Below are positions 29,065 through 42,317 of a stretch of DNA of 64,000 nucleotides, in pieces; the stretch's first letter is position 1, and every line of letters begins with the position of its first letter. The notes beneath the pieces were generated by a model. That model worked only from the letters and a program-made list of their open reading frames with translations. It did no database searches and was not told where the DNA came from. Made by a program: the position numbers and the translations under genes. Source of the stretch: Tubiluchus corallicola (Eukaryota > Animalia > Priapulida); assembly GCA_030141605.1 (NCBI GenBank), contig JAQGDQ010000178.1, positions 124,001 to 188,000 on the forward strand. Direction: 5' to 3'.

Positions 29065-30976
29065 GCTGCATCTTTTTTATTTTTTTCTCCGCTTGTATTC
29101 CTTTTTACCCTTACAAGAATTTTTATCCCTTTCTGTACTTCTCTTCCAGTACCACTCCCTTCTTCCGCTTTTTCTCTGCGTTTCCCCATTGGAAGCTTTC
29201 ACCACTAGCTGACTTTTTTCTCACTCTGGGTTGTATATGCACACGTCTGTCGCTAACTGGATTATTTCTCGTTCCAGCTTCTTAGAGCAAATATTTTTCC
29301 AACGCATAACTGATGCTCGACAGATATCAGATTCACAAGTCGAGCAGTAGGCGGCAATTCCCACAGCTGATTATTTCTTGCTTCTGGAGGCAGGTAGTTT
29401 GTAATTCTACGCGCTGGGTGCAGTACCGTCTCAATTCTGGCCATGCCACTCGCGCTCCCTCGCAGCACGATGGCACTGTTTGGACAGCCAACCCTGTTTG
29501 TTGTTTCGTAGTAGGTACGTTGCTTGTTTGTTTTCCATAAGCAAAACAAAAAAGCAAGAGTAGCTTTGCTTTAACAACAACCGCGACACGACAGAGGGTG
29601 TTCAAGAAAGTATTGGATTTCACAGGCCAAATTTAAAAGCGCTTGGACTTTATGTACCAAAATGTCTAAGGGCAGTGACCTCGGATTATCGAAACAAACA
29701 AACAAAAAAGGAAAAACGTTGAGAAGCTAGAAAAATCTATTTCTTCATCTTAATGGACTCTGTCACTATGGAAAATTTTGCTGGAATTGCAGTTTATAGC
29801 ACAAGAGGAGGGTAATTTCCAGAAGAAACAGGTTTTCGTGATTAATCATGTAGGCATTATTCTAACACCCTGCCGAACGCCAAGCCAGTAGTTGGAATGC
29901 ACAGTAATAACATGATGATAATTGAGCCCATGATCTAATGAAAGTGGTGCAGTAATAGACTCTCTCTAATAATGACTGCGAAGGTTGATGCAAACATACC
30001 GAGCCTACACATCAGCCATGACATTCTCCTGTAAATATAGGCCACTCTAGTCGAAAAAAGCCGCCGCAAATTAGTTCTGTGAGTTATACCTGTTGATTAT
30101 TCCTGTTTGTCATACGTATTCGTCTATGTAAACTGGCTAAACCTGCGAAGTTGTTGTTTTAGTCTGCGGTAATGAGTTACTGATATTTCATTTTGAAAGA
30201 AAAATCAGTAGAAATAACCATTACAATAACAAAATACTTTGATGTCGTGCCCAGTAATTTTTTTTGTATTTATGCTTCAAAGCGTTAAAGCACGAGAAAA
30301 TACTATGCATAAATGAAGCTTGAAAATTCGTTTTGAGGTTTTATGCCACTGACACACGCTCTCATTGTGCACAGAGCTTGCATTCGCAGTAGCGCCGTAT
30401 AAAATATGTAAATTTAAACTCCCAGGAAGACCGTTAGGAGTAGCCACTTTAAGGGTAAGTCAGGCATTTCTAGCACACTGTTTTCTAACTAAGCAAAAGT
30501 TTAAATTACTTTACATTGTCAATAAAATCTGTAATGTGTTTTAGTCAATCAGTGGTGCACACAGAGATGGTGATACAGTGCCGTTTTATTACACGGTGTG
30601 AATACTTTATATTATTAAGAATTTCCTTTTTGAACTCTAAAATAGCATTTTCTTTCCCTTTAAGCAAAGGATGTAATAGATTAAATTCGGTAATCGGTAA
30701 GGACAAAGAGCGTGAACTTCTTATCAGGATGTATGCCTGGTTAAGAAAATTATTTAACCTACTTTGTAAATGGATGGGTGACCCCAGGAAAACATTTTCT
30801 GGGGTCTCATCTGCCTTACTGCTTCCGTTGCGTAGCGGTCACCGTGAAGGAGGGTGTAGGTACACACATGCTACACCTTTGTTGGTTCAGTGTGTTTGCT
30901 TATCTTAGATATTATGTTCCTATCACGATTGTACTGTGCTGTATAAAAAATGCAAACTTCTTTTTCTGCCTGTAGT

Positions 30977-31390
30977 CAGGGTCGCCCTAGGCTGATAGTT
31001 CTGCCCCGCCCATCTCTTTTGTGAATTTATGGTTGTTTATGTACTGAGCAGATTAAACAATTACTTGTCGTGCATATGAAACACTATTAAGCTAGTTTCA
31101 ATGAGGCAATTATTAATTACATACATTTGCGTCGCGCTTATATTGAAGTAGGCTGTGCAACTGCTTGTTGTGTAATACCTTGCACCTGTTCGCTATGTGA
31201 CGTTTATATAAATGCGCCAGTCAGTAACTGCCTGTGGTGTGTTATAAAATGCGCCCTTTTTTAAATTTACACGAATATGAAAGTATATACATTTTTCAAT
31301 GAGAATAAGAATTTTTTCTAAAATGTGACGCCCTCAAACTTTGGCGCCCTAGGCTATAACCTACTTTGCCTGTTGGTTAATACACCTCTG
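30977..31390. mobile_element. hAT-type MITE (older)
   Basis: Termini CAGGG.../...CTCTG; TSD CCTGTAGT / CCTGTAAT (7 of 8 match); subterminal CGCCCT(AGGC) repeats. Confidence 0.7.
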
Positions 31391-32058
31391 CCTGTAATTA
31401 TCATGAAAGACCGCCTTTACTGGAGCATCTATGCAAAATGAGAAGTAATTAAAAGTAAATTGGAAAGAGCAGTCCAACAAGACAAGAGGTACAAGTTGAG
31501 AATAAGGCAGGCACTCATGTGCAAGGAAACCATCTTGAGGTTGACATCTCATCATGCAGACGCCACACTGGATTGCGAATCGTGCCTGAAATTCTGAATT
31601 TGTACGATTTTCAAACACATTAAGCAATATCTCGCAATTTCTCGCGTTATTTTGCGATGCATTTGAAAGCGGATGTTTACACAAGCTCCATAGTAACGAT
31701 TTTATGACATCTCAGTTACGTGTGCAAACACGCTTGGACGATATTATTATTTACTTGCTTGATGTGTTCTCAAACATGCAGACTGATAAAAAATCACAGT
31801 GGTAAAACTGAGATTTACTCAAATCATTTTACTTTAAATCTAGATTTTCAGAAGTTTGGAATGCAGCTATGCAAAGCATGGATTTTAAACGAATTCAATC
31901 CATCTAATGTTTATGATATATTAATGTCTATCACACACTTGATACACTAAAGCGACTAGCTACTGCGTGCAACCTTAGTAGTACAGTAGTAGTAGCAGTA
32001 GCCGTAGTATTTTTGTTGTCATTGTACAACAGCGACGCTTGCAACAAACGTTAACAAT

Positions 32059-32190
32059 AAATTTGTTCAACCAGCAGCAAGAGTCAATATTTATTTATAC
32101 TCCTTCTACCTCAGAGCAATACGCTTGTGGAACAAACTTCTATCGGATGTCAGAGAAATCACTTCTAGAGATCACTTCCGAGCACTAGCA
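32059..32190 (+). mobile_element. CR1/L2-like LINE ORF2 C-terminal fragment
   Basis: KFVQPAARVNIYLYSFYLRAIRLWNKLLSDVREITSRDHFRALA matches the SFFPRxIxxWNxLP..S...FK terminal motif of these LINEs. Confidence 0.75.
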
Positions 32191-34679
32191 CCCTCTGCTG
32201 TTTCTGCCATGAGTGTTTCACCCCACCTAACCTGTTCGTAAATTTAACCATGTTTTATTTGCCTGTTTCACCTCTATTCATAACCTCTAATGCCATCATC
32301 ACCAGTTAGCGAGTTGTTTTCTCAGCATTTATACTAACCATGCGCATCTCAAACTTCTAGTGTTTCGTTAAGGGCTTTTAGAAGTATGCTGTTCAAGACT
32401 TCAAAGACAACGATACAACAACGATATCCCACATATTTTTAGATTATTATAAAGCAACACCAATATAATAAAACAGAAATGAAAAGAAATATAACTTTAG
32501 TCACATCTCCAGTAAAAGTGCGAATATATTCTTTCATTAACTATTTACTGCTGATTTGAGTAGGCACAGGAGGTGCTTTGTCTTCTCCAAGTTCTTCATG
32601 TTTGGCGATTTTACTATTGCTGTCGTCATTGTCTTAATCTTCACCGTCATTGTTACCACCTTTATCATCATAGTCATCAAGTGACTGAGACTGAGCAACG
32701 GTTTCATACGTAAAGTTACTGCTTGGAATCTTTCTTAAGTCATCAAGCATATAATTCTGAGTGGAATGCTATTAAAATATACAGTTTTGTTCCTTGGTAC
32801 AGAAACGTCTGTTGCTCAAGCACCACTTTATTTTGTTACCTTTGCCTTGTTTTTCCTGTATGCATGGTGTGGCTTGAGCGCCAATAAATCGGTAGATTTA
32901 ATTTCGCTCATCATTTGTCACATTAATTTCATTTGCACAGTTATGCCAGCAAAAACTAAAATTTGTTCTCGTTAAAAGTATGCTAAAATTTACCAATGGT
33001 TTACCTATTTGTCTAAATTCTTGGGCTATGTATCCCACTCTACCAGAAAAGTGTCTTTTTGTTTGTAGTATATTGACGGTATTCCCCGTATTATTTATAT
33101 TTTTTGCTTTTGTTATAAATTTACGACATGTATTAACATGTATTATACCAATCTTAATAACCGTTTTGATATTGCCGCTATGTAATTATACAACTATAAA
33201 TTATTGCATTTTATAAAGAAAACAGGCTGTTATCACGTGACATGGACTGAGTTGTCTTTGGGTGACTGTCGAACAGACGCTGGTCACCGGTCGCCAGTCG
33301 CTCAAAAAGTAAAAACAATTTCTTGAGAAACACCAGTAATACTGCAAAACTGTTTCTGATAATTAATTAATCGGTTAAAAACTTAAGGCGAAGCCAACTA
33401 GCGATGTCATCATAACTTAACGTAATTTTTAACAGCACAAACGTTCTGTGAGCGTGTTGCACGTGCTTGCGAAAAAGAAAATTGAAGTACAGGGCTGCTG
33501 TACAACATTCACTGCCATATACAAAACTCGGCAAATTTTAAGTTTAAAATTCGATTTTCAAGTTTTCCTCTGGGCTCACGAGCTCTCGAACGCGTGCACT
33601 ACGTCACAACTGACCACTTCTGAACTGAGAGGTATAGCACCAGTTTTTTATGTAACATGTCTCACTATTTTAAAGGGTACGTTGTTTTGAGCTGTGGTTT
33701 AAAGATTGGGACCGGGTTTCCTTTAAACTATGGCTTTTTGCATTATTTTTGCCATTTATCTGATATCTAAAGTAGTAACAGTCTAACGCTTAAAAGGCTT
33801 TTGTAGTGCAATGAGTATATAATTACGTCATATTTGATGTTACTCATCGAAAAACAACGTTAAAAATACCGTTTAAGTTTGGGTTGCATATTTAATTATA
33901 ACAATAGAGGCGTATAGTAATTTGGCGTCGGTGAATTTTATTCATTTTTTTTATTTTATATGTGCATTTATAGTTGGGTCTATGATATACGTCAGGGTAG
34001 ATGTTGTTTCTATGATTCGTAATGTGTTATGTACCACCTTGTACTCATACTTTTTTGTTATACTCAATAAGTTATAAATGTTGCATCTTCAAGCTATAAC
34101 GAATAATGTTATTTTAAAAAGTAGCAACTGCCGCATTTTCAATAAAAAGCCTAAAACTCAGTACTGATTGACTGATACTAAGTAATGCAAACTTCCTTAT
34201 TTTGTGCTTGAGTAATATTGTTACAAGAGATTTTGAAAGATTAAATCAGGTTTGAGTTAATTTCATGGGCAGGAATGAAATGTTTTAATTAATGTCAACT
34301 TAAAGATGAAAGTTGCCTGCCCGTTAATGACACGTTAACTCTTAAATAAACAATATTCGTTGAACTTGTTTGTAGAAAATTCATGCGTTTAAAGGATGTC
34401 TTAGCCTGCGTGGCGCCACTCCCTGACAAAAAATGAAACCTTGCAAAGCAAAACCATTTTAAGGGACCTCTTGAATCTTAAAGTATAATGTGCGCCTGAT
34501 TTTGGTCGTTGACAATGTCTCAACATCAAATTTAAATTCACTTTTAAATTTTCAGCATGCTTTCAAAATCGCAGGCAAACATGATTATAACCAGTTTCAA
34601 GTCTATATAACAAGTCTATATAAGTTTATAAGTCTAAAAAGCCAAAAACATGCATTCTCTAGGCATTGTACTGCTACGT

Positions 34680-34882
<203 letters not shown>

Positions 34883-34900
34883 GTATTTCTTGTATTACTC

Positions 34901-35174
34901 GAGTGCACGGGTAAGAAAGTTGATCGCTGAAATTTTATTTTCAATTTAGCTGCAGAATCACGCAAGCCACGCAATAAGTGTACCTGTAAATGCATTGCAC
35001 CACTTGCCACAGCCAAGGCAACTGAAAGTCGCAAACATTGTCAGTGACATATTGCCAGGTGCAGAAACAAAAGCACCCGAAAGCTGTAGTGTTTATAACA
35101 AGTCAGTTTGTGAGAGATGTACACGAAAGGTAGAAAAAGCATGATCGAACCATTGCAAAAATGTTGCAGTGTAA
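34901..35174 (+). mobile_element. piggyBac transposase C-terminal relic
   Basis: [20 protein letters not shown] (cf. ECTG..ISRR.F...LAEEL), then Cys-rich tail RKHCQ*HIARCRNK/APESCSVYNKSVCERCTRKVEKA*SNHC; three stops and one frameshift. Confidence 0.72.
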
Positions 35175-35698
35175 ATAAATACAGTATATTGCATGATGCC
35201 TACCTAATATGCATTTGTAAAACTTTAAATAATTGCAAATAAATGTTGTAAAATACTACATAACACAGGACACTTTAATCTTCGGGTACATTTTAGTTCC
35301 AGTTCATTACCACTCCTTAAAGCATTGTTTGAGGAGTGGTTATTTTGACAACTTCAGCCGTTTTAAAAGCGTCGAATTTTCAGCCGTTCTAGTGTTAGCT
35401 AATATTCCAAACACAATATTATTTACAAATATATTTGCCAAATATGGGGAATATTAATTTTCTCAACTGCGCCAAGTTTAACACTTTATTTCTAGGCTTT
35501 CATTGTGATTAGATGATTTTACGATAAACTCGTGCAGATCACTCTTATAATATATAATTGCGATTTTCAGATCACAATATAATTGTACGTTACCACAAAC
35601 TTGAAAATAAGTTAGTGCTCTTCTGAAATTTGCCATGGTCATAATCGTAGAAGAAATTAAAATGCCCATAAATCTAAAAAAAAATTCTTTATTTTTTC

Positions 35699-35736
35699 TT
35701 CAGAAGCTTTCGCCTTCTCGAACTTCATCAGCTGCA
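35699..35736 (-). ncRNA. Minimal type-I hammerhead ribozyme relic (left arm)
   Basis: TGCAG-CTGATGA-A-GTTCGAGAAGGC-GAA-AGCT-T-CTGAA: intact core, palindromic stem III, weakened stem II. Confidence 0.65.
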
Positions 35737-36259
35737 CAGAAAAATACAACAATAAAAAATTACAGATAGAACTACATATAAAATAAAGGTGTCAATGTCA
35801 GTAAAATAAAGGGTACAACATGCATGAAGAGGCTAAATTAAAAACTAAATTAAAAGAAAAAGTAAAATTACCAATTAAGAAAACAAAATGAAAATTAAAC
35901 TGACAAACGTACTTGCCATCAATTAGATATAGCTAAGATCCTGAAAGACAGTCATATATTTGTCTGTTGACTTTATAATAATTTAGAGTAAGTAACAACA
36001 TCTCTTAACACACTACAAACTGTTATCGCTAGTCACCTGTTTCTGACTGTACACCACAAGTCGTTACTTATTCTAAATGTTTATCAAGTTAACAGGCAAA
36101 TATAGGTTATCTTTCCGGATCTTTGCCATATCTAATTGATGACAGGTAGTTTTGTCAGTTTAATTTTCATTTTATTTTCTTAATTGGTACGGTAATTTTG
36201 CTTTTTCTTGCATCTTACCTGTTATTTTATCTGTAATTATTTATTATTATACCTTTCAG

Positions 36260-36297
36260 TGTAGCTAATACAGTCCGATAGGACGAAAACTTCTCAA
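36260..36297 (+). ncRNA. Minimal type-I hammerhead ribozyme relic (right arm)
   Basis: TGTAG-CTAATAC-A-GTCC(GATA)GGAC-GAA-AACT-T-CTCAA: perfect stem II, mutated CTGATGA core. Confidence 0.55.
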
Positions 36298-37039
36298 GAG
36301 AAAATAAAGAATTTTTTTAGATTTATGGGCATTTTAACTTCTTTTACGATTTTTTTGTCAAATTAACACTTTTGACAATTAATAAAAAAGGCAACTAATT
36401 TGTGGTACTATTTAATTTAAAAGCACCCATAATAAGCTGCAAAAAACACTTAAAAGGTTTTTCTTATACGTGAATTCGTAAAAGAGTGATCGCCTGGGTT
36501 TTAGACGAATTTCGGGACTGACTGCTTGTGGTGGGTAATCAAAACAGCGGCAGGCCGTTGACCGAGCAAATAGTTGAGTCCGTACCTTACCATGACTTGC
36601 AGACAGGCTTAACTTAATAAAAATTTGCATAAAACAGGGGATACTTTTTATGCTTAAAAAGGCTGGTTCATACTCAACAACTGGTTGCTGTTGTTTAACG
36701 TATTCTAATTTCTTGGACTCAGCGATTTAGCATAAATTTATGCTCTTGAACGTTGTCAATTAAATTCTGCAAACGCTATGGGTACCAAAACTTATATAAA
36801 GTATTGTGGACTAGCGTACTCTTTAAACAAAAATGGCGTTTGCTTTACTGGAGTAAGCCGTAGACAGCTTCCATCTAAAGCTCGCTCAGCACCTGTGCCA
36901 GCCTGTTAGACATTCGCACCCACTTCGGTCAAGGCAATTTTACAAACTCAAGGTTTCAATGTTTCCAATGTTCTCATATCGACTGCTTTTAGTGCTTTAT
37001 TCAGAATAACTCTTATTGCATTTTTAGCGGTTTATCATA

Positions 37040-37516
37040 CCGTATTTTCCCGTGTATAAGAGACCCTTTTTTGCTCAGAATTTTCACTTTAAAAATAGGG
37101 GGTCTCTTATACATGGGAGTAAGTCTTTTCAATAAGATGCATAAATTGTGACACGTCATTGATACGTCGGCAGAGGTCAACGAGATGAGTCAGCCTAAGC
37201 AAGGCGTGTCGCGTTCGACTATGAAGCGGTTGTAAGCAATACAAGCATCGTGACACAGGCATTATCTCCTCGTTTTCTCTTTTCCTGTTACAGGTTTGCA
37301 GGTACGCACTTTAATATATACCAGTACTCTTTTTCTACAACACATTAACTGGTTTTATTTTGTTTTCAGTACCGCACTGAGTTGAAAAAAGTTGTACTCT
37401 ACCCTCTAAAAATGTCCGAAGTTATTCATTACCAGAAAACTTTTTTCCAGAATTTTTGCCTAAAAATTGAAGGGGTCTCTTATACACAAGGGTCTCTTAT
37501 ACATGGGAAAATACGG
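37040..37516. mobile_element. Tc1/mariner-pogo type MITE
   Basis: 27-bp TIRs CCGTATTTTCCCGTGTATAAGAGACCC / GGGTCTCTTATACATGGGAAAATACGG; TA TSD; internal GGGTCTCTTATAC repeats. Confidence 0.92.
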
Positions 37517-37825
37517 TAATTGTATTTCCTTAAGCCTTCTCTGTAGTCAAGCACTGTGTCGTTCTTGCTGCATGGTGACTAATAACTATGCTAACTTAAA
37601 ATTTCCTCATTATGTGGAATTCTTGAATTAATTGAATTGAATGGTAACATATAATATAATATTGGTGGGATATTGCACAATGCTACAGCAAGTGTCATTG
37701 TGATTCTGTAAACAAAATTAGTTCATTAGCGGCAATCACAAGCAAATTTGAGAGAGTTTGCAGAACAATTACAATTTCAACGATGAATTATAAAGTGATC
37801 TTGCAAAACATTCAGGAAAATGCCT

Positions 37826-37871
<46 letters not shown>

Positions 37872-39436
37872 CTCTCTCTCTCTCTTATTCTCTCTCCCTC
37901 TCTTCTCTCTTTCTCCCTCTCTCACAGTTCTTTCTCTATAACGTGTTTCCGGTCAAATCCACATTTTCCTGAATCAGCGACAAGAAATAAGGTCAATTCG
38001 GTGTGTGAGATGAACACACAACAGAAAGTAGTACTGCAGCTGCGATAATTAGCTTTCATTCATGACTAATAGGTTATTCTTCGCTCACTCATAAGTCGTG
38101 ATCTGAGTCTAAACTAATAGCCTAAGAAGTGAATTTGCCTAGTTATTGGAAACTCATCCACAGTTGCTTAATAGTTAGATACCACAGGACCCTAAACAAA
38201 GGTGGATTATTAATTTCACTTGACTAAAGCTACCAACAAAGGAATGGCCTAAACACGTGGGCTGCGCATACTACTATACTGCTAAACTTCTATATTGCTG
38301 TAGACGTTCCTGGAATTTATTTAAAAGGAATCTAAAACTGTATCTGCTAACTTAAACATAATATCAGATTCATGCACATGTGAGATGGCCTTCAAATTCT
38401 TCGGAAATTATTACCGAGGCTGCTCTTCAGTCTGTATAAACTCATCAACAGGCTTTTTTGTTACGTGTGAAGAATGAAAATGATTTAATCGTGGATTTTC
38501 ACTTGGGTTAGTGAAAAGGCGTTATTAACGATAACATTGATGAAGATTGTAAACTGTTGGACCACCAGAAATGTGCTGCACATGTCTAAATGTCCTACTC
38601 TTATAGGTGTCGAATTCTTGCGTCTAAATAGCCAATATGCGTCCAAAAGTCCTACCTGGGTAAATATTCTGTGTTCAAAACAGACAGTGCTCAAGTTGCT
38701 TATGTGGTTAAGACTGCTTGTGTCTAAATGATTTGTGGTAAAGCATCTTGTGCCCAAATCTGTCCGCCTTCAGTGAAAAGTGAAATATTTTGTGTATAAT
38801 ATGGACTCAATCACACAAGCTCTTGTTGCTGTTGAACAAAAAAACAAATACTATACCTGTTTTCAATATGTTCAGTTTAAATTGTTTAGTTTTCTTGTTT
38901 ACCAAATAGCATTGCCTCTCTTTAATTTGTTATCGGTCTCAGGACTCCGAGGGTTTATCAAAATTTAAGTCATGATAATCCAATTAACCCAATGGTTCAT
39001 TCGCCCCTGACCCTAAGAGAGGAAAAATAATGAGTCTTTTGGGACACTGCTAGGCAGAATCCAGAGTTTAGCAGCACCCGGTTTGCTTAATATCGTTGTT
39101 GTAGTGAGACAGATGCTAGTTCATTATCAAAAGTAATCCTCAAGGGTAAGCTGGTTCCATCGACCCCCCTCGCATGAATGGAATTCCGAGTATGTTAAGT
39201 CATATAGCAATTTTAGTTTGCAGAGTTGATGTATATTGTTTTTTTCGTGCATGAAATGCAGTGGGCATGAGTTTTGGAATGAGGAAAAACATAATTCCTT
39301 TTGACTAAAAACGAATCAAAATAAAATTGATTAGCTAGAATAATCATTCTAATGAGACCGGTTTAATGCTGGAGATGCTGAATTCGGCTGGCTAGCTATA
39401 GAGATAAACTTTGGATTGCGATGACCACTGGGAGAT

Positions 39437-39600
39437 ACAGTGGCCGGGTGGTTTAAGGTATATGTCTTGTAAGCAGAATGTACGTTGTTCAAATCCAGCG
39501 TGCATCACAACATTTTTAGCATTTTATTGACTTTCAAGTTTGGTATCAAAATTAATTGTGCGTTTGTACCATCATTAATAATAATCTTGATATTAGGATT
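39437..39600 (+). mobile_element. tRNA-derived SINE
   Basis: A-box TGGCCGGGTGG, loop CTTGTAA, B-box GTTCAAATCC; body AATTGTG..TTTGTACCATCATTAATAAT shared with the copy at 53410-53570. Confidence 0.72.
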
Positions 39601-39836
39601 ATAATAATTAATAATTCTTTACCATAAACGTAAAACAACATACCAAAACAACTTACGTATGATGTGAACAAGTTTCAACAAAAAGCTCATAAAGGTCCGT
39701 CACTCAAAAACGGTCAAGAGCCACTGCTATACGAACTGCCAGTAGTGTCTTGACCACGTTCAGATACTCATAAAACCTTCCCCAAAGAGGTAAAGAGCCG
39801 AAGTGTCACGGCAGATGAAAACTAACCGAAAAAGTT

Positions 39837-39883
39837 CCTCATCCATCCATTTACTGATTAACCTTGGCGTTGCTTAACTTCGG
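39837..39883 (-). mobile_element. 5S rRNA-derived fragment
   Basis: Minus strand CCGAAGTTAAGCAACG..GGTTAATCAGTAAATGGATGGATGA resembles 5S box A / intermediate element / box C. Confidence 0.6.
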
Positions 39884-41116
39884 TTGCCAAAAACGCCTTG
39901 ACGACTCTCTTATCTACCTAGACTTGCTAGACTGGTGTAAAGAATTTCAACGGATTGAGTAAGTTAGAGGTCGAATGAATTAGATGATGATGATGCTGGA
40001 GGATAAATTTGCTCATCAAAGTTGTAGAGATTCAAGACGATAAAGGCCCTGGTTCTGCGGCTCGTGATTTAAACTGGACAACTAGTAAGCCCGCGACTGA
40101 AAAATAATTGAACTTATTACTTTTAATACAGTTTAGCACTCAACAGCAAAATCTACTTAATGTATGTTTATCCTGGACTAATTATCAAGGATAATCCAGT
40201 GAGATGAGCTATTGAACTGGCAGAGGTGTCTCAGCTAGAAATAGCATCCTTCCTGAGCAGGAAAAACAAGCGAAGCTGGCATTGCAAAATATTAATAGTT
40301 TTCGCTGGTCGCTCATCCGCATATTAAGTAGAATTAACATTGCCTAACTTTCCAACAGCTACAACAGTCAGGTACAAATTACTGCGATTATTCGGTTATT
40401 TCATTCAGTTATTCCCACTTGTCCCTAAAATAAAGTACTGTTATTCCGGCAGCTTATACTTTATCTTCTCTATGCTTCTGTCTTGTACTGCAAGTTGCAC
40501 TTTTAACTGGTTTATGTAGGTAGTAGGAGAATCCTTACGTTCTGGTTCTAAACCCCAATGGTATCGTCCCTTGTGAATTGATAACAGACTGCTTAAGATC
40601 ACGGTGTTCACCCTAAACCTTCTATTTTTAATGTTATTAAAGGACAGAGTTGCTAGCACGTGTAATAAAACGAAATTGGAAAAATCAGACCCTTTGCATT
40701 TCACATGTTATTACGCATATGCATTTCATATATTAGGTATTCATTTCACACATATATTTAAAGATAGTAATATTTATTGCACTGTTTGTATATGTTTCAT
40801 TAATTCAATTTGCATTTTAAGCTTGAACCCACTTAAGAGCCAGATGGTCTGGTGGCTCGCATATAAACTGTAAAATAAAAAAAGAATTAAAATAAAAAAA
40901 TTGAATTATCTGAATTCTCGCAGGGCATTAACATTTGCAATCTCCATCAGCATCATCCAATAGTGTAAGAGCCCATGCGCGATGCCTTTGCTGTAACAGT
41001 CACATGCCATATCATTATCCCATCAAACTAATAGCAATAATGTTCACCTTATCAAACAAAGATAATTTATTGCAAACAAGAAGTAATTATTGATGTTTGA
41101 TCTTTTTTCATTGCAG

Positions 41117-41668
41117 AGTTGTGCACGTGGTGAAGCCCGCAGCAGCAGATGCTTTCAGTGACAAATTCTTCCAGTATTACCAAGTGAGCCTGAACTAAAT
41201 AAATGACGTTACAAGGCTCAATGTTTCCCTGTTCCAGATGAGTTATTCGTGTTTGAATGTGTCAGACGCTGGAAATTCTTGCCTCTCACACGAAAAGGTG
41301 TCTCCCGTTTTTGCAGGATAATTTATGTTTCGTGGGAATGCTTTGCATGTAAAACGCCGTACACGTTATGGCACAAGAAGAGTCAACGTATAAAAGAGTG
41401 TATTAGCAGTGGTGGTGAAATCTTCCTGTGCTTGGTGTCGCTGTGACGTAATAATCCATTTGGTGGCAAAGATGGCAAATGTTTGCATACGGTAACGACA
41501 CGCAACAGCTCTAAGTATTGTGACGTCATTAAAATAGTGCTAAAATGACGTAGCCTTGTCTGAGCAGCCATTGTTACTCCATTGTTTTGCGTGTACATAT
41601 TGTGTGATGTATCCATGTGCATGTGTAATGTGGTTTGTTTCCTGTGACGGTGTGCCGCACCATGAAAG
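41117..41668 (+). other. Probable 5' UTR part of the first coding exon of the H1-like receptor
   Basis: Strong acceptor TCTTTTTTCATTGCAG ending at 41116; implies an unlocated non-coding exon upstream. Confidence 0.5.
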
Positions 41669-41778
41669 ATGACTATGACTCACACGAGCAAAAGACTTTT
41701 GGTACAAAATGTCTTTCCGTCAGACAGATTCTCCCGGACTGGTGCATCACTGATCTCTTTTTTGTCACGATCCTCTGA
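41662..41778 (+). promoter_or_regulatory. Out-of-frame uORF (38 aa) overlapping the receptor start
   Basis: GCCGCACCATGA context; MKDDYDSHEQKTFGTKCLSVRQILPDWCITDLFFVTIL*, TGA at 41776-41778. Confidence 0.5.
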
Positions 41779-42115
41779 GCACATTTCCCGAATTCCACGC
41801 AGCACAGAGGAGGAGGACCTGTGGAATGTTACCCACAGGAGGCACCATCATGGGTGGCCAAGTGGCGCCTTGACTAACTTTGACGTGCACCTTCAAAATC
41901 AGTTACCCAACACTACATTGTTTTGGGACACGGGGTACACTGCCATTGTCAATGCTACCCCAACAAATTTGGATAACGTCACAGCTGATGAGGATCATAG
42001 AAACTGGGCAGTACTGGTGCCTGTGGGCGTGGTATTGAGCGTTCTATGTGCTCTGACATTTGTTGGCAATGCCATGGTGTTGCATGCTATTAGAACAGAG
42101 AAACGCTTGCAGACC
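41669..42115 (+). CDS. HRH1: Histamine H1-like GPCR, coding exon 1 (N-terminus, TM1, ICL1)
   Basis: Sequons NVT/NTT/NAT/NVT; TM1 VLSVLCALTFVGNAMVLHAIRTEKRLQT (cf. H1 ..LNLLVLYAVRSERKLHT); donor ACC|GTAAGT, phase 0; start codon uncertain. Confidence 0.9.
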
Positions 42116-42317
42116 GTAAGTATTTAATAAATTCAAGCCCAAAATATGTTTCGTTGATCAAATGTAAGCTATTGGATAGTATCTCTTTGGTCTTTTGCTT
42201 TTAGTATTATTAAAAGCTTCACACAAAGCCCTTTCCTTAAATTTACCTGCCTAATTGTCTAGGAATATCTTTGAACGCGTTTAAGAAAAGAAAAGTTGAG
42301 CGTAGCTCAAGCACAGG

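Larger units (their letters stand above)
35643..36351. mobile_element. Long inverted repeat, probably inverted Penelope-like pseudo-LTR pair
   Basis: Arms ~35643-35999 and ~36060-36351 are diverged reverse complements (e.g. TTAAAATGCCCATAAATCTAAAAAAA / TTTTTTTAGATTTATGGGCATTTTAA); each carries an outward-facing hammerhead-like motif followed by AATAAA. Confidence 0.8.

Noticed and set aside
39437-39510. Functional tRNA-Tyr gene
   Set aside because: Stems do not pair and it continues into a repeated body, so it is called a SINE head
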